NCBI GenBank assembly: GCA_020891255.1 | Contig: BQFW01000007.1 | Span: forward strand, 1,240,001 to 1,304,000 | Reading direction: 5' to 3' | Source of the DNA: Entomortierella parvispora E1425 | Lineage: Eukaryota; Fungi; Mortierellomycota | DNA length: 64,000 nucleotides | Part shown: positions 1 to 15,743 of the stretch, piece by piece | Position numbering within the stretch: the stretch's first letter is position 1 | Layout of the letters: each line of letters opens with the position of its first letter | Position numbers and translations under genes: made by a program | Notes under the pieces: generated by a model | What the model saw: only the letters and a program-made list of their open reading frames with translations | Told to the model about the DNA's origin: nothing | The model's database searches: none

Positions 1-970
1 GGTCTTGCGCAGACAGGAAAACATCAGTGATATTTTTAGCCCCCTTTCATATGTTCATTCGACAGTGCATCGGCCAACGACGACCGTTGTGAGCGCTGGG
101 TACAGAGGAAAATAATAAACTGGTCCATTCCTGTGGCAAGAATTGTCTAGTAGGCAAAGTGCATGGAGCCGATTTGCTTTAGGCCTGCGAAGGAGAGTCG
201 TCCATGAGATATTCGGTACTTGAACACCAGGAGTCTTAAGGCTCAGAGAGCTGTTTCGTAGCAGCAGGGTGCAACCCATTTGTCATCGACGTCTAGAAAG
301 AAACAGGGAGAGAAGAAAAAAAAAGTGAGCCATCAATGGCTCTCGTTCCTTTGCAGACGAAAGAAATTATGGCGTGAGGACCATGTTGCTTGTTGGGTAA
401 AAAGGAAGGGGGCAGGTCAGTTGCGTCAGACCCTGGCGCGCCTCCAGTTCCCGGGTCAGGGAGCGAGCGGTTGTAACCGCACCTGCGCCAGTGAAATGGT
501 GGCAACAAATGCAAATGCCTCGTCCCACGCACAAGGGCGTCGAGCAGCACCCAACCAGAGACCAACAACAGCCATTGGAAGGTAACCATAGAGTCGACGC
601 CCCAGCCGCGGCGTTAGACAGAGTTTTTCGTCAGAGACGAACACAAAACTGGTCTGAGCAAGAGCAGCAAACCAAAAGAGCAGGCAGACAAAGGGAAAAC
701 AGTGAGCAGAGCCATGAGTGCGAGCAGCCAGAGGAAGGGGGACAACAGGCCGGTAGCCGGAGGAACCGATTTGCTCGTTGTTGATTCACTTCTTCCATCC
801 ACCCCCCATCCGCATTCCTCCCTCCTTCTTTCGCTTGTCGAGCCCTGTCTTCGTTCGTCTCCTGTTCAAAAGGGAGATACAAACATCGACACCAAAGAGA
901 GAGACGGTTTCCTGATCATTGCAGCCCATTTCTCTCATCTCGGAATCCTCTCTCGCTCTACATTCAGACT

Positions 971-2764
971 ATGCAGCTTCGACCAAGAAGTATGCCGACT
1001 CTGGTCTGGCAGTCCTGCCTCTCGCTCCTGGCTGCCATGAGTCTTGTTCAGGCACAACTCACGGTAAATAGGAAGACAGGGGTTTTGAAAACAATTAATA
1101 ACAGGAACAATGGCGGTCCAGAGCACTTGCAGACATACCGCTTTAGAAGAGCGACGACAGCCTGACCGTTAACAGCAAAGCTTAAGAGTTGGACGATGTC
1201 ATGGTCTCGACATGTAGACAAGAGAAGGAGAGGAAAGAGGAGAAGAGTGATCTTCCACCTTCTCCTGCACCGGTATCCAAACTCCACAATCGCAACGCGT
1301 CGGACTGACACATCCATCTCCTTTCTATTACAGGTCCCCCCGACATCCGCGACGGAGGTGCCGCCGACAACTATCACAACGACAACAGCAGCGATCATCA
1401 TCACCACCACCACCACCACCACCACCACCAATTCTCCCCCTCCTACCATTCCCGTTACTCCTACTGTCAGCACCACCACCTCCGCCTTTGTCTCTATACC
1501 CACCACTGCTCCTCCATTTACCAGTTCCTTTGTAACATCCACTGGAGCTACGACTACATCTACGACTACCGCTCCACCTTTGCCTACTACAGGTGGCAAG
1601 GAGAGTTCCAGCAACAATGTCCCAGTCATTGTAGGCGCTGCCGTCGGTGGTGTTGCTGTGATCATCATTTTCGCAACAACTATAATCTGTTTCCGACGCC
1701 GCCGACGTAACAACCGGGATTTGACCTTTGATACTCTGCAAGGTATTAGCACATCGGGCGCAGCTTCCCGTCAGAGACCCGACCAACGGTACAATCAGAA
1801 TGTGGCACCAGTTGTCTACGATGATGACTATGATTATGACGTGGCAGAGGCTCATCATGGGCATGTGCCAGGAGGGTACGGTGCGGCCGGAGGACATCAG
1901 GGCTATGACAATGGGTACGACGCCTTTGGCGCGCCTCTCCCATCAACGTACCAGAACCCCTCCATCTTCCAGGAGGATTCTTTGGCCTACTCCACTGCTG
2001 TTGCGCCTATCGGTGGCCGAGGTGGTGGCCGAGGCGGTGCCGAGGCATTGCCAGAGATCACCTACCGAAACGGAAATGATTTGAACCATCCTTCTGGAGG
2101 TGCGACTGGCTACTACGAGGACGATTATAGCCATCAGGCTGGAGGATGGAACCAAGGTAGCGGGTACATTGGACCGAAGGGACTTTGGATCGCCAACCCA
2201 ACTGCAGAAGGACAATACTCGCCTCAGCCGAAATCGCAGGATATGGAGCTGCAGCAGCAAGGATTTGTCGCACCCCCTCCAGTCTCACGCGGCAGTTATG
2301 AAAAGAACTCGATCAACCAGTACGACGCTTCATCAGAAGTGGCAGGCGGCAGCCCATCTAGACCTAAGTTCCGTGGTAACAACCCTCAGAGCTTGCCAGA
2401 GTCTCCACGTCTTCGTCAGTTGCGTAGTGGCGATCTTTTTGGACAGGATGCAGAATCAGGTGCGGCGGCTTCATCAGCCGCAGGGTCCCCCCAGGACGCC
2501 ACGACCCGCAATGCGAGCGGCACCCCGCCCTTGACATCGAGTCCCCGTTCGATGAATAGAGGCGAACTGAGAAGTATTGAGTTGGCTCGCCATTCGCCTG
2601 GTAGATCTTCAGGTGATGGAGCTGTAGGCCATAGCTACGCGGATGATTTGCCAGCAGGCCGTGGTTCGCTTGCGCAAGACAGACCTTCTCTGGATAGCAA
2701 CCATTCCAGCACCCCAAACCAATCAAAGAGTCTTCGTACTCTGAGACGTGAGGACTGGGGTTAG
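971..2764 (+). CDS. Type I single-pass membrane protein with Ser/Thr-rich ectodomain (Mid2/Wsc/mucin-like cell-surface sensor architecture)
   Basis: Exon 1 (971-1063) encodes a signal-peptide-like MQLRPRSMPTLVWQSCLSLLAAMSLVQAQLT. A phase-0 intron runs GTAAAT(1064)..TACAG(1333). Exon 2 encodes a poly-Thr/Pro stalk, the TM helix VPVIVGAAVGGVAVIIIFATTIICF, a stop-transfer RRRRR and a long disordered cytoplasmic tail. Orthology not established. Confidence 0.75.
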
Positions 2765-3176
2765 ATACCTTTGCCTTTCTTGTTCAATATCCTCTCCTTT
2801 ACCTACCTATTTATAATATTCCGTAGCCGACAATCTCTTTCACGTCGCGTTCTTTTCCCCTCGGAACGCGGACTATGTCAATAAGAAGATTGAGATCAAA
2901 AAAAAAAAAAAAAAAAAAAAAAAACCAATCCTTCCGATCCATTCACCTATCACGAAACTTACGACCACCAAACATCTCTCCTTCAGGTGCATCTTTTCTT
3001 CTCCCATGCCATGCTCTTCACTAAAAATCAAATAAAGACAAGCTACAACTGGCCTAAGCTTGTCAGTCATCGAATCAGTCAAGAACAAGAAAATGAAAAG
3101 AGGAAAAAAAAAGTATTTTTAAAAAATGCAACCAAGATGAGAAGTGTATTTATTGTGACAAATGCTAGAGGAATCG

Positions 3177-4516
<1,340 letters not shown>

Positions 4517-5473
4517 GATGGCGATGTGATGTGGAGAGGAAGAGATGGAGACTAATGGGACAGTGGTCAGCATGCACACATTGTCAAAAAAAGAAAAAAA
4601 GTTGTTGTTGGTGGCTTGTGTGCAGCAACAGTCACGTTTTTTTCTTTTTTTTTCCTTTCCTTTCGCCCTAGCTTGGTCGGTGCCTGTGAAGGAGGAGGCC
4701 AAGGCGAGAGGAGGACAGAGGGCCAAGGGCTTTGAATAGATGCTGTACAAAGTGGAAAAAGGTCAATTAGGAACACACATGCAGTACCTGAAGAAGAGGG
4801 CTATATCATGTCACCTGCGCCTGCGGCCTGTCTTTTTGAAGCAAAGATAGGCAACAGGAGGGAGGACAGAAGCAGTTGTTAAGTACTCCTGTTCAGACAA
4901 CTGGCATATGCCGTAGGCCCGTTATCAGCGGCCCGAGGATGCTGAAGTGTCAATGATCGCCGGAGAAATGTCTCCTTTGCCTTTCTTCAGGGCAAGAAGT
5001 GCCACCGTCTTTGCGCCGTCGTTGCCATGAACCCAATTGAAGGGACAGTCACAAAACCGCCGTTCGCTCATGTGATGCATGCTTCATCATCACCTTGGCT
5101 TCTCCACGCATTTCCCCTTTCCTTCTTGCAATCCGCCTTTTCTCCACTCTAGCACACACCCTTCCCTTCTCTGCTCGAGCAAGCACTCGTCGGCGACTTT
5201 TCTCTCGTATTTACTCCGCTCTCTACTCTCTGTCCCATCAAAAAAGACCTCACTGTGCCAATTTTTTTCGCTCCATTCCTTCCTTCCTTCCCTCCTCTCA
5301 GTCTCCATTTGCTGCCTTTCATCCTTCACAACAAGCCGCTTTTCAGTTCCATAGATCGCCCTAAGCCTCGTTAGCAAAGAGGCAGGGCGACACGCCAGAC
5401 GAACAATCTCATTTGCCTTTGACTGCAGCAGGACCTTCTTAATTCGATACGTTCATTAGCTCATTGTGCCAAC

Positions 5474-9959
<4,486 letters not shown>

Positions 9960-10216
9960 GCATCAAATACATAGCAACGAGCAAAAAAAAAATATCGCTT
10001 TCTCTTGATTTTGGTTAGAGTTGGAGAGACATGTCGATCCGGGAGGTCACCCACAGAGTTTGCCCTTGGGCTAAACCACCTTTGTCCCCCTGGATGACCA
10101 CCACCTCCTTGTCGACACAAAATCCTTTTTTTATTTTTTATTTTTTTTTATTTCACTTTCTCGCAGATCTTTGCAGCACTTTCCCATTTTCTTGGAAATA
10201 CCTCCGTCCAAACAAG

Positions 10217-11503
10217 ATGGCCAAGTCCCAGTTTCATCACTACATCCCACGCTTCATTCTGAAGACATTCTCAGACGACTTTACACTTGATTCAACAGAC
10301 TGCAAGTACTTCGCCTCTATCTCGACTGAAGACAAAGGCGATGGCAAAGGCAAAGGCAAAGGCAACCGCAAAGGCAAAGTCAAAGGCAGAGGCAAAGTCA
10401 AAGGTGCAAGCAGCAAGAGCAACAAAAGCAACAGAGGAACGGCACAGTCAAACAACCACTACATCAAAGTCTACCAGGTGCAAAGTCGCACCACTGTCCT
10501 AACCGACATCGGACGCGCTTTTGGTGTGGTGAACCTCTACCGGGAGGAAGCCGAAGAGGATTGCATGAAGTTTGAGAGGCTGCTCAGCGTTTTTGAAGGA
10601 GAGTCGTCTACGTTTATCCGTCGAATCTGGACTGGCGAAGACCTTTCTTTGACTCGAGCCCAGTTGGAAAGGATGAAGAAGTTTCTGATCATCATGATGT
10701 ACCGCAGCGAGAGCCGCAGAGACCAGTACAACAAAGAGGATTATGATATAGAAGTTGCCATCTCGGCTCGAAAACATGCGAGCCATCACAGCATCGCAAG
10801 AATTCGCGACATCTGGTTCAAGAACCTCCAATGGCTCATTGAAACCCCTCTGAGCGACCTCATGAAGGAGTACAACAAGGTTTTGGAGATGGTGATGACA
10901 CGGCCTCTGACAGACCAGGGCGACCTTAAATGGCCTATACATATCTGTGAGCTGAAGGAGTTTGGTGTTATGGCAGAAAACTATATGTGTATCTGGGAAG
11001 CTGAGGAAGGAACAGAGTTCATCTTGTCTGAGGGTGGCTTTGGTGCGTGGGAAGGAGACAAAGGAGTCAAGTTTCACAACATCTTTGTGGTTTCTCCAAG
11101 ATACGCCATCGTTCTCGTCCTTCGAAGTTACATGTTCGGAATGACATTCGGCAGCTTGAGAAAGTCCTACTTTGGCGAGAAGCTCCATGCCAATCCAGAG
11201 ACTGTCTACGTGAAGGGACATCCGCCAGAAGATTTCACAGCCGAGAGTCATTTTACCCCAAGCGACATCTTCAAGTACAAGAGAATCAAGGTTCCAAAGT
11301 CGGACGTTTTTTTCGTCAATTGTATCTTTCTTGATGCCCGAGACAAGCATTTGACGTATAGATCCCCTATCTCGATGCTCAAGTCCTTGAAATATTATGA
11401 CATGGTCAAGGAAGAGAGATTCACATTCCAACACGATTACACTGCCCTGAAACGCGAGTTGTTTGCCGATCTAAACCGAACCCACCGTCCCGAGGAGCGG
11501 TAG
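10217..11503 (+). CDS. DUF4238-family protein, copy 1 (intronless, about 428 aa)
   Basis: N-terminal SQFHHYIPRFILKTF matches the DUF4238 HHY(V/I)P..(Y/F)L..F signature. EFILSE...VSPRYAIVL corresponds to the family F.TSD.P...PLSP motif. Uninterrupted ORF; ATG 10217 in context CAAGATG. Family assigned from motif recall, not from an HMM run. Confidence 0.8.
   Translation: MAKSQFHHYIPRFILKTFSDDFTLDSTDCKYFASISTEDKGDGKGKGKGNRKGKVKGRGKVKGASSKSNKSNRGTAQSNNHYIKVYQVQSRTTVLTDIGRAFGVVNLYREEAEEDCMKFERLLSVFEGESSTFIRRIWTGEDLSLTRAQLERMKKFLIIMMYRSESRRDQYNKEDYDIEVAISARKHASHHSIARIRDIWFKNLQWLIETPLSDLMKEYNKVLEMVMTRPLTDQGDLKWPIHICELKEFGVMAENYMCIWEAEEGTEFILSEGGFGAWEGDKGVKFHNIFVVSPRYAIVLVLRSYMFGMTFGSLRKSYFGEKLHANPETVYVKGHPPEDFTAESHFTPSDIFKYKRIKVPKSDVFFVNCIFLDARDKHLTYRSPISMLKSLKYYDMVKEERFTFQHDYTALKRELFADLNRTHRPEER
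10333..10404 (+). repeat. Imperfect (AAAGGC)n hexamer tandem repeat encoding a Lys-Gly tract inside DUF4238 copy 1
   Basis: caaaggcgatggcaaaggcaaaggcaaaggcaaccgcaaaggcaaagtcaaaggcagaggcaaagtcaaagg encodes KGDGKGKGKGNRKGKVKGRGKVKG. Confidence 0.8.
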
Positions 11504-11774
11504 CCTCTTTGCTGTTTTGTTGGTCCTGTCTCCATGTTCATAAGTCCAAGTTGGATCTGCTGTGTTTTGTGGTGTGGCAATTGCAAAAAAAAAAAAAAAA
11601 AAAACCTTTTCCACATCTACATCAACAAAAGTGTTTTTTGATTGTGGCACAAATTGGACATTTTGCATGAATGATGCACAATGCAGGTCCTGCCACACAT
11701 CATTGTCTTTTTTTTCTTTGTCACTTGCTTTTCTACTTTTCCTTTCCGCTTTCAACTGTCACCATATTACCAAG

Positions 11775-13073
11775 ATGCTGAAGAGCCAATTCCATCACTA
11801 TATCCCGCGCTTCATTCTAAAGACGTTTTCCGACAACTTTGCACTCACAGCCGTCGACAGCGAGTTCTTTGCCACACCTAAGGATCTGTTGAAGACGTCG
11901 GATCTTTCGAAAGAGCAGCTGGTCGACTTGGGTAGAGTCAAAACTAAGGCCAAGAAGAAGAAAGGAAAAAACAAAGGGGCGACACGACCTTTAGGGCAAC
12001 AGAGTCATCACATCAACGTTTACCATATAGAGAATCGCACCACTGTTCAAAGCGATGTGGCGCGAGCGTACGGTATCGACGATATGTACCGTGATATCTC
12101 TGAGGAGGACTGCATGAAGTTTGAAAAGCTGCTTGCCCAACTGGAGTGTGTCGCTTCTAATTTTATTCGTAAAATTTGGAATGGGAGCGACCTTTCGATG
12201 ACCCGTACGGAGCTGCAGGATATGAAGAAGTTCCTGGCCATCATGATGTACCGTGGTCCAAACCGCCGGGGTCAGTACTACAACGTGATGTTTGATCAAG
12301 TGACATTTGCCACAATTCGAATGCATATGGTCCACAACAACATCAGGAGGATCCAGGATGTCTGGTTCGAAAATCTCAAATGGCTCATCAAAACACCCTT
12401 CCAGGAGATCATGGACGAAGCTGAAAGAGCAAAAAGCGTTGCTACAGAGGTTAGAGCTAAGAACGGAGCGAGAGGGAACAGCCTTAAGGAGATGAGACAA
12501 TACCAGGGACCGATCCATGTCGCAGAACTGTTGGATTTCTATCATCAAATGACATTCTACGTCTGTATCTGGGAGGCTGAGGAAGGGTCCGAGTTCATCT
12601 TGTCTGAAAGTTGCTTTGGTTCGTTTGAGGGGGATGGGGGTGTTTGCTTCCACAACTTTTTTGTCGTCTCTCCAAGATACGCGATCGTTCTCGTTAGAAG
12701 AGATTACATGTATGGGACAATGGACACGTTGCCATTGCGGAAATCGTGGTTCAGCGAGAGCCTCCATGCCAATCCAGAGACTGTCTATGTGAAGGGACCT
12801 CCGCTCAGGAACTTCACAGTCGAGAGTCATTATACCCCAAACGACATCTTCAAGTATACGAGGATCAAGGTCCCAAAGCAAGATGTTTTTCTCGTGAATA
12901 GTATCTTTCTCGATGCCCGGCGCAAGTTTTTGACCTACAAGTCCAGCGCTTCCATGCTCAAGTGTCTTCGATTTTATGACAAGGTCAAACACGACAAGTT
13001 CCTCTATAAATATGACTACTCTATTCTCAAGCGCCAACTGTTTAACGACCTGAACAGGACCCACAGTTCTTGA
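11775..13073 (+). CDS. DUF4238-family protein, copy 2 (intronless tandem paralogue, about 432 aa)
   Basis: MLKSQFHHYIPRFILKTFSD start. Shares EEDCMKFE.LL, WF.NL.WLI.TP, CIWEAEEG.EFILSE, VVSPRYAIVL, LHANPETVYVKG and LF.DLNRTH with copy 1. Confidence 0.8.
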   Translation: MLKSQFHHYIPRFILKTFSDNFALTAVDSEFFATPKDLLKTSDLSKEQLVDLGRVKTKAKKKKGKNKGATRPLGQQSHHINVYHIENRTTVQSDVARAYGIDDMYRDISEEDCMKFEKLLAQLECVASNFIRKIWNGSDLSMTRTELQDMKKFLAIMMYRGPNRRGQYYNVMFDQVTFATIRMHMVHNNIRRIQDVWFENLKWLIKTPFQEIMDEAERAKSVATEVRAKNGARGNSLKEMRQYQGPIHVAELLDFYHQMTFYVCIWEAEEGSEFILSESCFGSFEGDGGVCFHNFFVVSPRYAIVLVRRDYMYGTMDTLPLRKSWFSESLHANPETVYVKGPPLRNFTVESHYTPNDIFKYTRIKVPKQDVFLVNSIFLDARRKFLTYKSSASMLKCLRFYDKVKHDKFLYKYDYSILKRQLFNDLNRTHSS

Positions 13074-13712
13074 AACTTGACCAGACCAGCATTGTCCCCT
13101 CCCTGCAAGAGGCATCGTTTATCTGCCCTAGTCGGAAAAAAAAATCAAAAATAAACGATCGCCTTGCTCATTGTTTTTGTTCTGCAGGTCTCATTGAGCT
13201 CTGCTTCGCCATGCAGGAGTTGTACAAAAGGTGAGAGGGAATTTTGAAGTACCAGGGGCAAAGAAGTTGCGTTATGGTTTGCTTTTTCCGTGAAAGGGAC
13301 AATAACGAAGGCAAAGCTTCTGGTCTCTTTGCACAGCATGTCGCATCATGCAAGCAACCATGTTCTCTTTTGTGAGCTTCATTGGCAAATGTACATTCTC
13401 GACTCAAGGGTAAACGGGCAATGGAATAGATGCAGGGCATCTTCATGCCTTGGATTAGCAAGTACAGTGAAGGAGAGATCGGACGGGCACAGGGCGCAGG
13501 TTTCTTCATCTATTGAGCATATAACTTCATGCCGGACACATCGTTGACGCGTCAGTCAGCCCCTTGAGGTGCCAGTTGCGGCACGTTTAACTCATCGCTC
13601 GTTGACAAGCAGCCAATTCCATGTTTTTTCCTTTGATCGAAAGAACGTCAATGTACTGAGTGGCCTTCTTTATTTTTACTTTTTTTTTGTGATGGGGGGC
13701 ACTGGGCATGGT

Positions 13713-15743
13713 TTAGAAATTAGAGTCTGCGGTCGTCTCCTCATCGTCCATGGATGTTCTCTTGGAAAGCTCACTCAAGATGCCCTCAAAATCGGCAATC
13801 TTCCTAGTCAAGTCGGTACGCTTTTTCTTGAGCGCGGGGGACTCCAGCATGTCCACCAAATCATTGTCCGTGGCATTGTGTAGCATATCAGAATACATGT
13901 TGATTCTCTTGACCATGTGGCGTTCAATGGTCTCCACCACAACCTTATCAACAATACGCTCCCTGGCGGTCTTGAGATACGCTAGAAAACAGGGAATCAT
14001 CTCGTCGGTTGTGTGATACTCATTCCACTCCCCAGTCTTCTTTGAAGGGTTGAGGGACTTGAACAATCCTCTTGAGGGCTTTGGGGAGCTCCCTGAGGAA
14101 GGTGGAGAGTCTGAGCCGTGTTCATTGTCGTCTTCGCGGATGCGCGACTCGCTTGCAACTGTAGGAATATCGTTCCTCTTGGGGCGCTCTTTGGCAACCT
14201 CGGAATCGTAGTATCGGTTGAGTGTGAAGGGTGTTTCCTCATCAGAAAAGATGTCTGACAGAGTCTGATTGATGCTCTCTGTCTGTTGGCTGTAGAACCG
14301 ACCAAAAATTCGAATGCAAACGTCCTTGGCTGCAGGATTGGCGGCGCCTTCAATGAAGGTTTTGAGGGCCTCGGCGAGGAGTCCATGCATTTCGGCCACA
14401 CGCGTCCTGCTGAGCCTCCTCCAAACGATCATAAAATTGCTGTTGATCACATTCTTGAAGACAATGGGCGAGACCATGCCATTAAGATCGTTTCCTTTGA
14501 GGAGAGCGACCTGCTTCATGATCTCGGGCCTCTGCAGCCGATTGCATTCTTCTTCCATAGCATCTCTGTAGTCGTGATACATTCTACCGAGTGCGGACCG
14601 GACAAAGAGGATATCCGCCTTTCCAAGATTCTCCTTGCCCTTGTGCAACTCCAGATAGTCCAGTTCATAGTCGGCCCTGAGGAAGGCCTCCATCTTTGAC
14701 ATCAGGGTCCTTGACGTGCCGCGGAGCTTATCGCGTGCTTCTTCAATGCTCAAAATTGGATTGCCCATGTCTTCAACGTTCTTCTTGTATGATCTCAGTG
14801 CGTTATCGACCTCCAGTTTCAGAGCGGGAAGTTCCCTGCTGATGTGCTCCTGCAGCACTGCCCCCAAGAAAGTTCTGGCGGCCTCACGGCCCTTACGTTC
14901 AGGCAGGACGGCATTCCACTGGCTGGACGAGAAGAACTCTTGTTCTTCCTGCTTGGCTCTCTCCCAGGACGAGTTTTTGTCTTCATAGCTTGTATTCCTC
15001 ATGACGAGGTATCCAAACTTCATGTGCTTGCGTCGATTGTTGATAGTCTTGATCCAATCCGAGTGTAAGCCTTGCTCAATTCGATCTGCTTTGGTGATAA
15101 TGGGGATTGTGCGATCTCCTGCAGGATCGTGCTCCGGCTTTCCGGCCATGGAAAGAGCTGTGGATGCGTTCAAGTCAACATCTGCCTGAACGACCGCAAG
15201 AATGATTGTTCTAGGGTCTCGAAGATATTGGTTGTTGATCCTCCAAATGGTGTCGGGGAGAGCCTTGTCCTGGTCATCCAAGGTTGTTCTGATGAAGCCA
15301 GGAAGGTCGATGATTGTCAGGGGAGACTGACCCGGGCCTGACACGGTAATCTCAAGCACTTTCTCAGACACGCCCTTCTCACCCTTCTCGTTATGACAAA
15401 GCGTCGCAACGGCATCCTTGATAACTGCGTGAAAGTACTCGGAAGTTGCTTCCTGCAACACTTTGCGGGCTTCATTAAACTTGTTCTCACCCTCAATCCT
15501 GGCAGAGAGCATATCCTTTTTCAAGGTTGTGTCTCGGCGCAGGTTGACCTGGGTTGCGAAGCGGGTACACATCCCCTTGTCTCGGGGAAACGACAACTTG
15601 GAGATTGCCTCGAGAACGCTCGACTTGCCGCTGGACTGGTCCCCGATAATTGCCATCTGGGGGATACTGAACTTGTGCGAAAGACCATGGCTTTGGATCT
15701 TATTGATCTTGTCAATGATCGTCTGATACCCGGATTCAAACAT
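13713..15743 (-). CDS. Dynamin-superfamily GTPase of Mx-like (non-Vps1/Dnm1) type, intronless, 676 aa
   Basis: G1 GDQSSGKS, G2 MCTRF, G3 DLPG and G4 TKAD; NTSYED motif region; helical middle domain; GED-like C-terminus (LESPALKKKRTDLTRKIADFEGILSEL). No PH domain or N-terminal targeting sequence is evident. Confidence 0.9.
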   Translation of the reverse strand: MFESGYQTIIDKINKIQSHGLSHKFSIPQMAIIGDQSSGKSSVLEAISKLSFPRDKGMCTRFATQVNLRRDTTLKKDMLSARIEGENKFNEARKVLQEATSEYFHAVIKDAVATLCHNEKGEKGVSEKVLEITVSGPGQSPLTIIDLPGFIRTTLDDQDKALPDTIWRINNQYLRDPRTIILAVVQADVDLNASTALSMAGKPEHDPAGDRTIPIITKADRIEQGLHSDWIKTINNRRKHMKFGYLVMRNTSYEDKNSSWERAKQEEQEFFSSSQWNAVLPERKGREAARTFLGAVLQEHISRELPALKLEVDNALRSYKKNVEDMGNPILSIEEARDKLRGTSRTLMSKMEAFLRADYELDYLELHKGKENLGKADILFVRSALGRMYHDYRDAMEEECNRLQRPEIMKQVALLKGNDLNGMVSPIVFKNVINSNFMIVWRRLSRTRVAEMHGLLAEALKTFIEGAANPAAKDVCIRIFGRFYSQQTESINQTLSDIFSDEETPFTLNRYYDSEVAKERPKRNDIPTVASESRIREDDNEHGSDSPPSSGSSPKPSRGLFKSLNPSKKTGEWNEYHTTDEMIPCFLAYLKTARERIVDKVVVETIERHMVKRINMYSDMLHNATDNDLVDMLESPALKKKRTDLTRKIADFEGILSELSKRTSMDDEETTADSNF

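Noticed and set aside
55-279. Short minus-strand ORF starting MGCTLL at the window edge
   Set aside because: No recognisable motif and no clear splice context; cannot be supported from the window alone.
4870-5060. Several small hairpins (CAGTTGT/ACAACTG, GGAGA/TCTCC, TTGCC/GGCAA) and AACCCAATT resembling RNase P CR-V in the KRR1-IRE1 divergent region
   Set aside because: Helices are short and isolated, with no matching CR-I/P4 partner; compatible with chance in a promoter.
13544-13557. Palindrome TGACGCGTCA between DUF4238 copy 2 and the dynamin
   Set aside because: A single 10-bp palindrome between two 3' ends; no supporting context.
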